Positions 26,679 through 40,694 of a stretch of 64,000 nt of DNA are shown here, one piece after another; positions within the stretch are counted from its first letter, which is position 1, and each line of letters begins with the position of its first letter. The notes beneath the pieces are model-generated. The model was given only the letters and a program-made list of their open reading frames with translations. It had not been told where the DNA came from and did no database searches. This DNA is from Podarcis bocagei (Eukaryota), in the NCBI GenBank assembly GCA_964188305.1, contig OZ076893.1, one strand, 5' to 3'. A program made the translations under genes and the position numbers.

Positions 26679-27093
26679 CAGTGGAACCTCGCAAGACGAA
26701 TGCCTCGCAAGACAAAAAACTCGCTAGACGAAAGGTTTTTCCGTTTTCGATTTGCCTCGCAAGACGAAATTTCCCTATGGGCTTGCTTCGCAAGACGAAA
26801 ACGTCTCGCGGCTTTGTTTCCTTTGTCTAAAAACAAAGACATGTTTTGTTTATAAAGTTAATTTATTTTCCCTTCAATTTTTGAACTGCTCTTTACAGTA
26901 TGTGTGACTTTAAAGAGCAGTTAATAAACTGTTGTTGTACCAAATTTGGCTTTGTTTCGACTTTTTTTGACCATAGGAACGCATTAATTGATTTTCAATG
27001 CATTCCTATGGGATTTCGTGCTTCGCAAGACGAAAAATTCGCTAGACGACAAAATTGCAGAACGAATTAATTTCGTCTTGCGGGGCACCACTG
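26679..27093 (+). mobile_element. Tigger/pogo-like MITE (CAGTGG TIR), copy 1
   Basis: TA|CAGTGGAACCTCGCAAGACGAA ... TTCGTCTTGCGGGGCACCACTG|TA, with multiple internal CGCAAGACGAA subterminal repeats. Confidence 0.9.
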
Positions 27094-28593
27094 TAATCAA
27101 AAAATTTAGTGGATGTTAGTAGAAAGAAATTCAAAACCAACAATAGCACAATAGCTTCATGAGGATCTACTGAAATAGTAGCATAATAGTTTTAGGAAGA
27201 CCTGCTTCACAATATGCAAGTTTTTATGTTTATCAGAATTCTTCTTGAGATCTGAAGTTGTGCAAAACAAAACAAAAAATACACTAAAGCCAAAAAGGAT
27301 GTGGAAAAAAATATATATTTGGTGGGCTTAATGGAAAAGCCTCAGTCTACAGATTACATTTATGATAGGAAAGCTGCCATTTTTCCTTGCTTGTAACATG
27401 TGGCCACCCCCAGCTCCCATTGCCCAACCAAGGACCTCAACTATCATTTTCACCATAGAAATTGACAAGAGAAAATAGCTTTTTTTCTAACCTTGTAAGT
27501 TAAATATGTCTGGAAAAGACTTGTGTTAGCACCAGGAGCTGTTAAAATAATGGTACCATAACAATTCAGGCCCATTTTGTAAGCTCCAAGTAGTTTGTAT
27601 TAAGCTACCTTAATCTTTCATACAGGCTTTTGTTAATGTGTTACCCAGCGTTCTCAAATGGCCTTTGCTGCTTATCAGTTTTCTCCATTCTTCTATAATA
27701 CCACTGAGCATGATAGTCAGGTAAATGACCAAGATTTATCAGGCTGCAGCAATGGTGGTCTTGCTGTCTGATCAAGGCAGACTAAAATGGTTCGTGTTAC
27801 AATAACCCACTGCAGATCTTTCAGGAAGATACAGAAAGAATTCATTCTCTCTCTTTTTAAATAGCTTGTTCCATTTCCTCAGTTAGATGTCCTCATTGAA
27901 TAGTGTGGAATGGAATGAGCCCCTACAGAGACCAGTGTATACATTTTTAATTACTTGCAGTCATTGTTTGTAACTGCTACCCTGTAGGCTTTTTGCCTGA
28001 AGAAATAATACTTGTGTAAATTTAGACCACCTTTTGGACATGCTACCATTGCCTTGAGTAGGAGAAGGGTATGTAATACCACAGGCCATGTTTCTCAAAC
28101 TGGTCTTTTTCTGTGGCTGTAGATGACACTGCAGAATGCTTGCAGTAGAAATATGTAGAATGAAAAGGAACAGATTCAGGTGAATGAAACTGCATAATTA
28201 AATGTTATGAATGATATTTGCATCATATATATATGGAATTTTCTGTCTGAGAACAATTTATAAGTATCATATTTTACCAATATTTGAGACCAGTTCCCTG
28301 ATTTCTCTGTGTAATAGAAGGGTGGTATAAAAAAAAATAACAACAATAAGCAAGTGGGACAGAGCTATATCAGCAGTGGGTGCATCTATGCTCCTGCTGC
28401 AGCCAAAGCTGACTCTTGGGATAAGATCATAAGCCTTGAAAAAATTCATTTCACTGTATTAGTAACTTCTCTAGCTCTGTATGACAAAATCTCCCTCTTG
28501 GACTGTTAGTAGCAGAGCACAACAATGTGATCAATACAGCTGACCTGGAAAAATATTGAGGGGGGTTATTATTAGTTGGTTTGGGAGATAGAG

Positions 28594-28725
28594 TAAGGTT
28601 ACCAGATTTTTTTCAATGAATCTGGGGACACTTTTCAACTTCAATAGGAATGATAGGATTTTGTCAGGGACTGATTTGTAAATCCAGGGACTGTCCTCGG
28701 GAAACAGGGACATCTGGTAACCTTA
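28594..28725. mobile_element. hAT (Blackjack-like) MITE, 132 bp
   Basis: Perfect 14-bp TIR TAAGGTTACCAGAT / ATCTGGTAACCTTA and perfect 8-bp TSD AGATAGAG at 28586-28593 and 28726-28733. Confidence 0.92.
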
Positions 28726-31700
28726 AGATAGAGGGAAGACATCACTGTGATGCTTTGTAAAGGATCTTGAATTGGCAAATGCAGGGTGTGGGAGTTTTCC
28801 AAGTCTGTTATATCATCCCTGTGGCTGCCTCTTATGTAGTTTGAATTAATACAGCATGCACCAGAATTTTCTTGTAGTGAGTAATTTTTCCAACCATGGA
28901 ATCTTAAATTGAGGTGATGAAAGAAATCTGTCATGAATATCAATCCACCAAGCATTGATAAAAAGTTTAAGGTTTCCTTGACTAATGAGGTGTGAAATTT
29001 ATTGTCATGCACCACAGTGTTCAGAGTAAATGTTCTATTTCACTGGCAATGTTCTGCAATGGGATCCAGTCATACACTGGAAATAAATAAAATAAAATAC
29101 GCCTATGTAAGCCTAGTCCCTTAAAAAAAATTACAATGTGTTATCTACATCTTCTTCATCCTAAATACCATGATTGTGAAAGCAGGAATTCAACTTCTTT
29201 GGGTTTAGGGGGCTGATTAGTTTCCCAAATGACAACACAAAATCATTTATAGTGTTAAGACCTACCCTACTGTGGTGGGTCTTAGTTTCCATTTGGAAGT
29301 TGCATTGCAGTTAGTTTATTTCAACATGAGAGAAGTGAGGATTTCAGTCTATTGAATAGAATCTTGATTTACAAACAAGACTGGGGTTGGAATTTGATGT
29401 TATGGCAACCACGAGTCTGATGCAGAAAACATCAGCCCTCTGTTGTCTCCTCCGTTCTCCCTTGTAATGTCTAGTCATATTCAAGTATGATGTCATCAGG
29501 CTGCACGTTTCCCCCAGCCACTACGCATCATTCGCTGCCCCTTGCCAGGGCAGGGAAAATGATCGTGTGGTGACATGTTATGCGTTCAGCCTCCCTAGAT
29601 GTTACAAGCCAAAGGGGAGGAAAGAAAAATGGATGGCTGTTTTGGATGGCAGCTTTGTGTTTGCTGTAATGTCTAGTTCAAGCCTGAGGAAGTATGAGGC
29701 AGGTTTGCACCCTACCGTTCTGAATGCTTTAGGGATTTCTGTGTGCAAGTTTTCTCCATTCTTGCTCAGCAACTACTTGGGGGGGGCACTTTGAGGGAGG
29801 TGTGGCGCGCTACCTATCTCCCAGTGTGAACTGCCAGCAATTTTTGCTCCAATAGCTACTACCCTTGCTCTCAGTCACAAACCCCTCTTCTGTCTCTAGG
29901 TTAGCAATTGCATGAAAGCAAGCTGTTGCTATTCAGAGGGCCAAGTTTGGCCTTAGAGCCGATCCTTGTCCTACATCGTCAGTGGGAAACCTCTGGCCTT
30001 TGGGCTAAATTTAATGCTTAGAGCAAGCCCCGCTAGGATTGGCTGCACTAGGGCGTTGAAGCTGAGCTGCAAAGGAAAAATAGGAAGTTCACCTAGAATG
30101 TGTTCCCAGTTCTTTCCTTGACATTGATGGCAATGTCATGATTATGTCAGGTGACTGACAGGTCTGCAATCCCAACAGCAAATATGATTGCTTATAAAGC
30201 TGTGTCTCCCACTGGAAATCTCAAGAAATAAGATGATTTCTCCGCAATACACAAATATGTATGTTCAACATTTCACGTGCCTCACATATACCACACTAAA
30301 CTTCGTAACTCATGAAATGGCCCTTGGATAAGAAGAGAGAAGTGTTAGCATACTCAAAATGTTGTCTCTCCTTTCCCTCTCCCCCATCTCTCTCTCTCAC
30401 ACACAAATGCACATGTAGATTTCAGCTATAAATCTCAGAATAGGATGGAAAGGAAACCTCATAATATTGAGAAGAAATGCTGTGTTTGTGAGAGGGAAAG
30501 GGTGGTGATTGTGGTATTGTTAGTGGTAAATTAAGGTTACAGACCATTTCTATTTCTATAAAATCGGGGGAAATGTGAAAAAAGGTTTTGATACAAGGTT
30601 ACAGAATTTGTTTATAAAAGTTAATGAACATGAAATAACTTGCAACACATGGAAACTGAAAGAGTGAATTATTTATCTACATTTACACCCCACATTGCAA
30701 CGCTCCATGTCTCCAGGGCGGCTTAACTGTTAAAAAGGAAATTTTAAAATGCAGTGCAATGAATGAAACACTAAAATAAAACTAGCAAAACCAGTAGATT
30801 AAAAAAAATCTCAGAGAAGCACAACTGAGTAACAACACTACTCCCAGCTGCTTAACAGATAAATGAAGTATCTATCTTTATTTTTTGATATTGCTTGATA
30901 AGAAGAGGCTAGGGAAAGCATATTTTCAGATTCCCCAGGTTTCCCTACAGAGTTTTAATTCCTTCTTCTTTAGTTCTGCATAACACCAGGCTATCCAGCA
31001 AAGTAAACGTTCCACCCTTATCTTGCATGCCAAGCTGACTTCAGCATCTGAGAAGCTTAAGAACTCGATACATCAAATTACCCTGCTCGAACTGTTGTTT
31101 AGTGCAGGCCATTTTGTCCTGTCATCCTTGTGACAGGATGTCAAAGCTTTGCTTTCCGTTGCCAGCATCTGCAGGAATCTGATATGCTACCTCCTCATTA
31201 CACAGGGGACAAACATCAAGCAATGGTGATGGAAACCAGCAAGTCAGACAGCTGCAGGCACTGGAAACTTCTGCTGCTGGACTGCATCAGCCTTGTGCTA
31301 GAAATACTTTTTCCCTCTCTCAACTTCTTTATTCAATTATGTTGGCTTTTTTTAACATTCTGCTTTTCTTACAACAGCTTCGTTTCTTATTGCATGTTTT
31401 TTATTGTACTAAAAGCAAACAGAAAAGCATGCAAAACTTCGAAGATTTTTCTGAGAAATCATAATATATTCTGCGGCAGCAACACCTATCTCTTTGTTCA
31501 GCCACTTTATTGAGCCAATGCAATCTTTTCTCATAATATATAAGAGCTTTCTAGAAGAAGAAAAACCAGATGATCCTGTTAAGGCCTCCCACTTACAAGC
31601 ATGAATCTGGGAGAGAGAAAATAAGAGTCTTTTTACTCTTCTTTATGATTTAACAAACTTACCAAAACACCCATTTCATCAAGCAGTATTTAGTATAATA

Positions 31701-32984
31701 AACACTAGTAAAAAAAACTCTTCCAGTCTTCTATTTTATTAATTTGTTCAAGGTCTCTTTCTCGTTAACATCCACGTTTATCTTATGCCTTACATACATA
31801 CATCACCGAATCCTAGAATATTGTTTTCCTTAAAATACTTCTAATAGGTTTTTAAGTTATCTGTAAATACTTTACTTAGTCAGCCTCCTTACCTGCCCAG
31901 AGAACTATTTTCATTGCAATGCTAGCCATATCTACTTAGAGGTCCTAGTTAATGAAGTGGGCCTACTCCCAATAAAGGCTTGCCGCCTTTATTCTTTTCC
32001 CTTTTTAAATCCTCAAACAGCTTGTTTGTGTTTAAAGCTACACTTAAGTGCTTACCCCTAACCAACTAGGAGGAAGTTTTACAATTACTCAACATTGTGG
32101 GCAGGGGTCTTTCCCATGGATTCAGCCCAGCCCTCCCAGGTAACTAGCTCTTATTCATGTTGCTGGGTCATTTAAACAATCTTTCAGCCATGCCAGAGCA
32201 ACTTGCATAAGCAGCTCCCCTGAGCCTTGAAAAGCAATTTTAAAAGGTACATCAGAAAGAGGCCAAATCAGCTGCTAGAGGATAAGGGGAGGGGCATGTG
32301 CCTTGAAAGCAAAGGCAAGTGACAAACCCATTGCCCAATCAGCAGCATTGATGCGCGTGCCGGTCCTGCCTGCTCTGAAGCTCTCAATAATGCAAACGAA
32401 AGCAAAGCATCTATTGACTTCTTGTCATGATTTTAGTCCGCATTGTTATTTTGTTTTAGTTTTTTTTTTAGTTTACAGGCTATATAGTTCTAATTACACA
32501 GGCTACTTATGATCCCTAGAGTTGTGCTCGTACTTTTTGACAATCACAGTTACAAGGGATATTGGGTTTTCGAAAGGAACAGTTTGAGGAGGAGTCATCT
32601 GGTGATGTTAAGCTGGCTGGTTTGAGGAAAGTCATAGTACCGAATGGCCATTTCTCGTGGCAGGTATTATGGCTCTTTTCCTACAGATAATGTTCATATT
32701 CCATGCCTTTTTTTTCTATAAAAGAAAGAGAAAGAGAAAGGTTTAAGGGGCGTAAATCAGGAGATAGATGGAGTAAAAGTGGCCAGAATGTTGCAGTAGT
32801 CAGATGAACCAAGTATCCCCAGGTGCAGTGTACAGCAGTACAATAGATCAAGTATTTTATTGTGTTGCCCATTCTAGTGTTCATAAAACCATTTATTTGT
32901 TTTGTTCATTGCCAGTTTTGAAATAACAAATTAGTATAGCAATCTTTCCCAGTTGGCATCTGTATTGGAATTGTTTTTGGATGT

Positions 32985-33062
32985 TTTAATTCTTTTATTG
33001 CTTGTGTGTTTGCTGCCCTTGGCTCCTTTGGGAGGAAGGGCGGGTTATAAATTAATTAATTA
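32985..33062 (+). mobile_element. L2-type 3' terminus
   Basis: gctgcccttggctcctttgggaggaagggcgggttataaattaattaat is a typical L2 3' stem-loop plus tail. Confidence 0.6.
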
Positions 33063-35653
33063 CTAGTTCCCAGAATATACCAAAGATTGTGATTAAACAG
33101 TAAAGCCACGAGGCAAAGTACAGAAGTGATTTGCAGGGAGAGACTAAAAAGCCAGGCAGCAAGAGTTGTTTCCTGCATGGAACAAAAGTATACATTGTAT
33201 CAGCAGTAAAAAAGACCAACTCCAAACCAAAAGGCTTCAAAATGCTTCTGACCTATCCAGCTTGTTTTCTCTTGCGCTCATTTCCTAATTTGCTCTTCCA
33301 CATGTTTCAGTATTAGAGACAATTTATGGAAATGACGCCTCAGGACCGTGACCCGTTTTGTGTGGATGTCAGACTTCTATCTGATTCCTGCTGTCTGCTT
33401 TTGCAGCCTTCCTTAGATCAAGCTTATATTTATGGAGAGTTTGGTGTCTGAGTTTCATTCGGGGCAATCTTGAACTCGACCCTCTGCTCTGGGTCCCACT
33501 TTAATTTTGTGAGTAAACCGGGGTGCCAACCCTTTTGGGCCCTTGGCACACTTGCAAACCAGAGAAACTGTTGTGGGTGCCATGCACACACCACAAGTGT
33601 GTTCACGTGCATGTACCACAGCCAAACACAAGCACATTTGGAGCACAGCCACATGCTCACTCTCTCCCCTCCCACCAAAGTGAAATCTCCAGCAGCTTGA
33701 TGCGCTGGAGCCAATAGAACATCTGGTGTTTTTTTGCAAAAGACTTTTACCATACGTTCACTCTGTGGTTTCGTTTCCAAAAACTGTTATCTCCCGAAAT
33801 AATATTGTTCTGAGAAGTTAATGCTGCAATTACACTTTTTTTCAGATAAGCTATGCCATAGTGGTGCTCAGATTTATACGAAACCATTTTGAGTTCTGTT
33901 TGGCTGTTCATTGTTGTTTGATCGCTCCCCGAGTCAAATGAACATTTCAGTGGTTCTGCCAAGTGATTTTACAATATTACAGTGTTGCCTCCCAGCAGCA
34001 GGCTATTTTATTAAGAGTGTAGTTATGTCATACTGAGCAGCTCACTTTAATCTTACCCAAATCTACTAATTACCAAGGAAGATGCTGCCTTGTAGAAAAA
34101 GGAACGTATCTGTTTCCTTTTGCAGCAGTTGTCATCATCAGCTCCCATAGATTATAGATTAGTTCTCCAATTTCTGGGCCTGGTGAACTAAATTCAGACA
34201 AAGAAAGTGTCATCTTCCCTTGACTGCCTCTTGGATAACTGAAATTGATCACAATTCCAAATCTGCAATTTTAAATTAATACCTGTAAATGTTAAAGTTT
34301 ACCCAATCTAAGTACCACACTCGTGGAAGTGAGGTTTTAAATCTCCAGTGACCCGTTCTCCATTTCAGTCTGTCTTACAGCCCCAAGTAATACTTTATCT
34401 TTGTATTGCAGTACTGAACCAAGCTCTTTTGTCCAAGAAGGTTGTCCTCTCTGGACAGCTGAGAACCTTGTACAAGGTGCTTAAATGATTGGTGGGTTAT
34501 CTAGATCCATTTCAATCTGTCTTCAGGCCTGGTTTTTGACACCAGAACAATCTCAGGAAAGAGACCAAAGGAGTGGAGCCTTCTTGATTCTTCAGGATAG
34601 CTGGGAATACTCTTTCTCTCTCAAGGAGACATTAATAAACTTCTTGATCCATCCCATCAGTCATCAATAGTGAGATGGCAAAGTATGCAGGTAGTTACTT
34701 ATATCTGTCCAAGTACTGACTCAGGCTGCACCCACTGAAACTAACCCTATTCAGCTGGACAGCATGGTGTTCTGGCTACATCCATGCTGCTCCAAGAGTG
34801 GTGTCAAGGTCAGCATGGAGGATTATAAATATTTGGAAAGGCCACCGTGATCAGTATAATCCAAAGGTGTGCAGAACATAATGTGGAACTCCCACAGTTT
34901 AGCCATAGCCCTAGTTGTGTAAATCTATCATTGGTGAAATGTTTGGACTCATTAGTTGAGTCTACTGTAGGTATGTTGCTCTGACAGGACATAAATATTT
35001 TTATTTTCAGTCCATATCATGAAAACCATACAACGTATGACATCTTTCTCAGTATCTGCTCAGAACCTCAAAAGCAACATTTTTAAAGCTGTAAGTGATC
35101 AGTATAATTTCCAATAAAAATAGAAAATATGTGGCCTTTTTTGAATGAGCTCATTTAACTACTTCAGGCTTTCATATTTACTGCATTACATCAGTGTGTA
35201 TATAGAGTTAGATCAGGTTTCATAATAGCTGAACAAATAATTTAAAATCAGTCTCCTGACTAGGAATATATTTTTGTAAGTTACTATTCTTACGTAACTA
35301 TTCAGATTAATAGGCTTTTTTTCTAAGGAAGGGAAAAATAGAATGATAGCTGTGTAATGATTTCTACTTTGCAATATTATTTTTTGCAAAATACATTGGC
35401 TGTGATCCATAGGACAGATCTAGACATATCTCCAGGTTCTTCTAGTTATTTTTGAACAAATCCCTTAAACTGCTTTTGAAGTCTGTTGACTTCAAGCAGC
35501 TTGGCAATAAAGAACCACGAAAGTTAATTGCTGTTCAGTAGTATTTTAGCTAGTGTACATAATTTTGTTGACATCTAGATGACCTACTTTGTGGCTGAGT
35601 GGAAGCCAACTAGTTTATTCAACAAGGTGGCAACTTTCATGTACCCCCACATC

Positions 35654-35681
35654 TGATTGATTGATTGATTGATTGATTGAT
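35654..35681. repeat. (TGAT)7 microsatellite
   Basis: Directly visible. Confidence 0.95.
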
Positions 35682-37214
35682 TTTTATATTTCAATGCAGA
35701 GAGAGAGAATACTATATTCACAAATGCAACATCTGTTCTGATTTCTGCTCTGCAAGGGAGAAACTAGACTAGACAGATCAACTGCAATGAAGTTTTTAGA
35801 ACAGCTGAAAAAGAATCTAATTTATTGGCAAACTTGACAGTTATGATGCATACTGGACGAAGCCACTAGTTTAGGCCTATTTCAGCACACAGCAGTTGTT
35901 GAAAAGAAAGTTTTCAGCCTCTGGAAAACTGAAACAATTGAGCCAAACAGATTGAATCAATTTAATTGCGATCTACAAATCTCAAGAAAATAGTATTGCA
36001 CTTATATAAAAAAGATGCTATAGTTTTTCTGAGAATTGGCTTACAAAGGTATAACTGTTCATAGAAAAAAGAGACAATATACAGTTTATTTTCCTCTTAA
36101 AATCCTAATCCTGTTTCATAGTACAATGGTTTTTCATATTTCATATTCTACAGCAGGTGGATATGTTATTATGTGAGTGCTTTCAGAACATGGCTGAAGA
36201 AATAGTGAGATTGTGTTCCATTACATAATTTCAGCTTATTTTCTATGAAAGAGCCATGATACAACCCTATTTAGTTAATTTAAAGAACGTTTGTTATAGT
36301 GAAATAAGTTTTTGCCTGGAAGGGAAACACACTGTTGTCAGCTGGTATTGATTAGTACAAACTACCAATGCATAACATTTACCCTCCCCCCCCCCCAAAA
36401 AAATAGAATTCTGACAGACTGAGCAGATACAATTATGTATATCTTGTGTCACACATTCTTTCTAAAGAAAACAGTTCTAAGGCCTGCCGTATCTGATCAT
36501 CACTCCAGTAATGCAGATCTCGGCTCTGGCAGTCTCTTCCCATCCCTTCAGCAATTTGTTGCTGGAAATAAATCCCTCTTCCCCTTTGGGTCTTAATCAT
36601 GGTTTATTTGTATATTTCCTATTTATATGAAAGATTTCAATCAGCCAGAAGGACACAAAGCTTTGATGCAATAGAACAAGGGAGAACATAAAGCCCATGG
36701 GTTGGGTGTGGAAGTCTCTTACCTGCCCTGCTGCCTCCCCTCCTTACCCCATGCCAGTGCAGGAATTGGGCTTTTTAAAAGCTTGCATTCATGCCAAATG
36801 GAACCTTATTTTTAGCCTAATTGTTGCTTGGGCATGCTCCGGTGGTGATGATCACAGTTAGGATAATATTAATTCTCTAGTCCCTACACACTCTAAAGCC
36901 CTCTTCCCAAAAGCTTTCAGTGGTGTTAATTGGAACTTTTAAAAAAAGCCAAGCCTAATTGCAAAGGAAGAGAGAGAAAAGAGGGGAAGGAATGGGGAGG
37001 ATAAAGGAAGAGAGAAAGAGAAAGAGAGAGAATGGAATTGATGGAAGGCGAGAGGGGCAGCTTTCACCTTGCCCAGTTTTAGCTCTAACTCTGCCCACCA
37101 CTGTCATGCAACCCTTGTGGTGTAGTAAACGTTCAAGAGCTCATCCTGGCAGCCCCCATAACCATGACCCCAGGGATGGGCTGTTAGAATCAGTTGACAG
37201 TCATAGAATAGTGT

Positions 37215-37325
37215 GTTAGCAAAGGTATTGGTTAACATATTAGATGTTGGCTGGATTTACATCCCTGATTAGCCATGAAGTTCATTGGTTGACCTTGGGC
37301 CAGTCACTGAGTCTAGCCAGATTTC
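37215..37325 (+). mobile_element. Decayed Squam3/MIR-like SINE fragment
   Basis: agccatgaagttcattggttgaccttgggccagtcact shares the gaccttgggccagtcac core with the SINE at 21040. Confidence 0.55.
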
Positions 37326-40248
37326 CTATACTTAATGTATCTATTCAGCATGTCAGAGGTTATTTCGTCAGCTTCCTTCACTTTAACTAACTCTTTACTC
37401 AGAGGGAAAGGTGACACATGGCTAATACATTCCTTTTGGGCCTTTCTCTCTCTTTCTCTCTCTCTCTCGATTAAACAAACCAAAAGCAAACCCTTTTTAA
37501 TCAGAATTTCAAGGAAAAATCAATTGCTTGTTTCAAATCTGTTTTACTTGTCTGCTTCTTTCCACGTCCCCACTATATACCACATTTTCCTGGGTCAAGT
37601 GTTCAAGCTATTACTTCTGAAAATAAGTGGGGACTTAAGAAAGTTGTGCCAGTTGTGAGCATGGCAATATAATGACTCTTCTTCTAATCATTTATAAGTT
37701 GCTTAGTTTGCCTTAAGTAGGATTATATTGGCAGTCCTAAAACGCATATCTAAAGTCATTAATTTAATCTTACAGTACAGCATAATATTGAAGAAAATAA
37801 TGATTGAAATTCTGCTCCCTGCTGACATGTAGTAAAAGCTTCAGCAAGTTGGATTCAACCCCAAAGCATCTGGAATTCCAGGTTTATCTTGCAAGCAGGT
37901 TAGAGACTTAATAGGGGCCCTGGTTTCAAAAAGTCTGTGTGTCGTGTCGTCCCCCTTATTTCTTACACCTAGGCTGCTATATGGGCCAGTTGGCCCAATT
38001 CTAGCCACACCATCCACTGCTTGTTTTGACCATTAGCTGGTCTGGTTTCCAATTTCTCCTTAAAGAAAAAGAAAAACTATCCAGTTCTTACTGAAGCAGA
38101 GAGATGAGGGGAAATGTGCAGGTGGTAGGTATTCTGCTCAATCATTTTGTGAGCAACAACCCCACTGCAACTTTCCACTGTCCTGTGAAAGAAGCCTTAA
38201 CTACGATTGACCTCTAGGGAAGCAGTGATATCCTTAGAAGGAAAAAGAAGTCAAGAGTGACACACTTGCTGTCTGAATAAAGGATCTCCTGGTTCATTTT
38301 AAAGACATGTTTTTTTAATATTGTCATGATTGGACATGACTATATCTCTCTACAAACAAAACGTAGCAGCTAAGACTGGACTTTGCTCTTTCTAAGTTGG
38401 ATTTTATTTTATGTAAATGATTTTTAAATTGCCCTATCAAGGCTAATGGGAATGAAGGCCATTGCTCTTATTCCAAATTTGCCAGTTGGGTGGGAGAAGC
38501 AAGAGAATGGCTTACATTAGCCCTGCAAAATAGTCTAGTGTTGTTAAGCTATGTTATGAAGACAGAGGATTCAAAGAGAGTAGTGTACAAGAACCAAGTG
38601 GTGGAGTCCCATATTGTTATCCATTCTCCTGGTGTTTTGTTTGCATTTTTTTAGAAATACGAAGTTGGGGAGGAGATAGTGAAGTTGATCATATCCACTG
38701 GTGTTGGGAGAATGAGGTGCTAGGCAAGGGACGCTGTTGCTTCTTCAAAAGCACTAAAAGAATGAGAGAGAGGAACCTGTACAACAAGTATTAGAAATAC
38801 AATTCTTGCTTTATTTTTCAGTACCCAAAGGTAATTTTTTTGTATGCCATACTGCTTTCCTTCTTCCCACCACCACAGGAGCTTGTGTGATTTTGACAAG
38901 CCACAAATTGATGCTGAAATCCCATTTTGAGAACATAAATGTTGTTGAAAAGTAACAGTAGGTGAAAACTGTTGTGTGTTTTTATGCAAGATTCCTGTCC
39001 GCAGCTACAGTGTTGCACAGATTACTTTTTGCCAGCATCTGTGTGTAAAAAATGCAGCAGGTTTATGTTTGAATTCCAGTATCATTGTAATAATACACTG
39101 CAACGTAAGAAGTGGGTATATTTATGCTGGAGCGCTTCGCTTTCTAGCTACCACAACATACTTAAGATAATACATTGTGAACTTGCCTCATGTCCATTAT
39201 TGCTGCATTCTGCTTTTTCCCCTTCTGTATGCCCATATCCATAAATTGAGGGCAATGAAACAAGAAGGGAAGGTGGCTTGAACAGAAATGGAGGGAAACC
39301 TGTGCTGAACTGGATTGCACATGGGTTAGAGCTTTCTGTCTATAGTTGTGGTGGTGAAGAAAGAGTTCTCCTTCACTAGCATTGTCTCTTTTTAGTGTTG
39401 TGCAGCAGGGTGTTTTGTTGTTGTTGTTGTTGTTGTTTACCTTAGAGGCTTTCCATAATCCATGTGTTTGAACCCTTGGTGGCACATTTTGGCATATTTG
39501 TAAGCTTGCATCCATTTCATGCAGTTTCATTAGAAGTAGCCATTTCCTCTTTGTTTTCCTCATCCATGAATTACCCCATTTGTATTTCCCCTTAATATTT
39601 TCCTTAATGCTCTTTCTTTATTTTTTCATAACTATGTTTGATTTACACACACACACACATATATTTATATAGCAAAATATATATTTATGCATTTCTCTCT
39701 CTTTTGTATACCCACCATGCCCATGATGTGTATTTATTATTTTTATTAATTAAGAAAAAAAATAAAACAAAATTATATATATGTCAGGGCAAAAGTAAGC
39801 CAGGTACAGGAACACGAGGGAAGATTGACAGAAAGACAGGCAGACACAATTAGGAAAGAATTCAGGGCAGGAAGCAAGCCTCAAAAAGGAAAGGAAGAGG
39901 TTCTAAAAGCATAAATTGTTCAGGCATCTTTAAGTTGGAAAAGAGGAAATTCCATTTTTTTAAAAAAATATCATTATGAGCTTTCTTTAAAATAATAGTC
40001 CAGAATTACCATATCTCTATCAACATTAATCATCTCCAACTATATTAATGTTTTTGGAATTCAGATATTCTTTGTGATAATTTCCTTACTGGGATCATAA
40101 AAACCCTCCTGTACAGGGAAAAAAATGTTAATTTTGGTGACATAACTTCTGCCCTTTTCTTTCAAAGGTCAAGATATGCTTTATTTTAAAAACAGAATCA
40201 TCACCCTTTTGAAGGGGATGAGTATATTGTACATCTGGGAGCAGAGAA

Positions 40249-40694
40249 TAGGGATGAGTGAATATGTCAATTTTGATTTCTCTTAGTTTTTCATTTTTTA
40301 CAAATGTTAAGTTCAGTTTTCACATTTCCACATCAGTTCACTTTTTTTAAGTTCTCACGAAGATTCATCAGCATTTTAGTGTAAATTTCTCTTAATCCAT
40401 ACATTTTGTATGTATTTTTGCCAGATATACACATTATTTAGACATACTTTTTCCCAGTACAATGTAGTTTTACATTTTATTTTCCCTCATATATGCATTT
40501 ACATGCACATTTCCCCAAACATACACATTTCATACACATTTCATACACATTAATGGGCCGCAGAACTGCATTGTAAAATTCAGGGAAGTGCAAATGTCAG
40601 TGGAAGGCTGTGTTTTATTTCACGTATTGTTTCAGAAAGTGTTAAGTAAATTTGCCTTTAAATGCAGACTGAATTTCATTTCTCCTTCATCTTT
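40249..40694. mobile_element. Old AT-rich non-autonomous hAT-Ac-like element; a related reverse-oriented fragment lies at about 20120-20323
   Basis: Begins TAGGGATG...gtcaattttgatttctc and ends atttctccttcatct. The body has repeated tgcatttt/acacatt motifs. The 20.1-20.3 kb segment ends in the complementary accaaaatagactgatccatccaccccta. Confidence 0.55.

Noticed and set aside
26690-27080. Recurrent CGCAAGACGAA units with variable spacers (superficially CRISPR-like)
   Set aside because: These are short, irregularly spaced subterminal repeats inside a TA-flanked TIR element in a vertebrate genome, with no cas genes.
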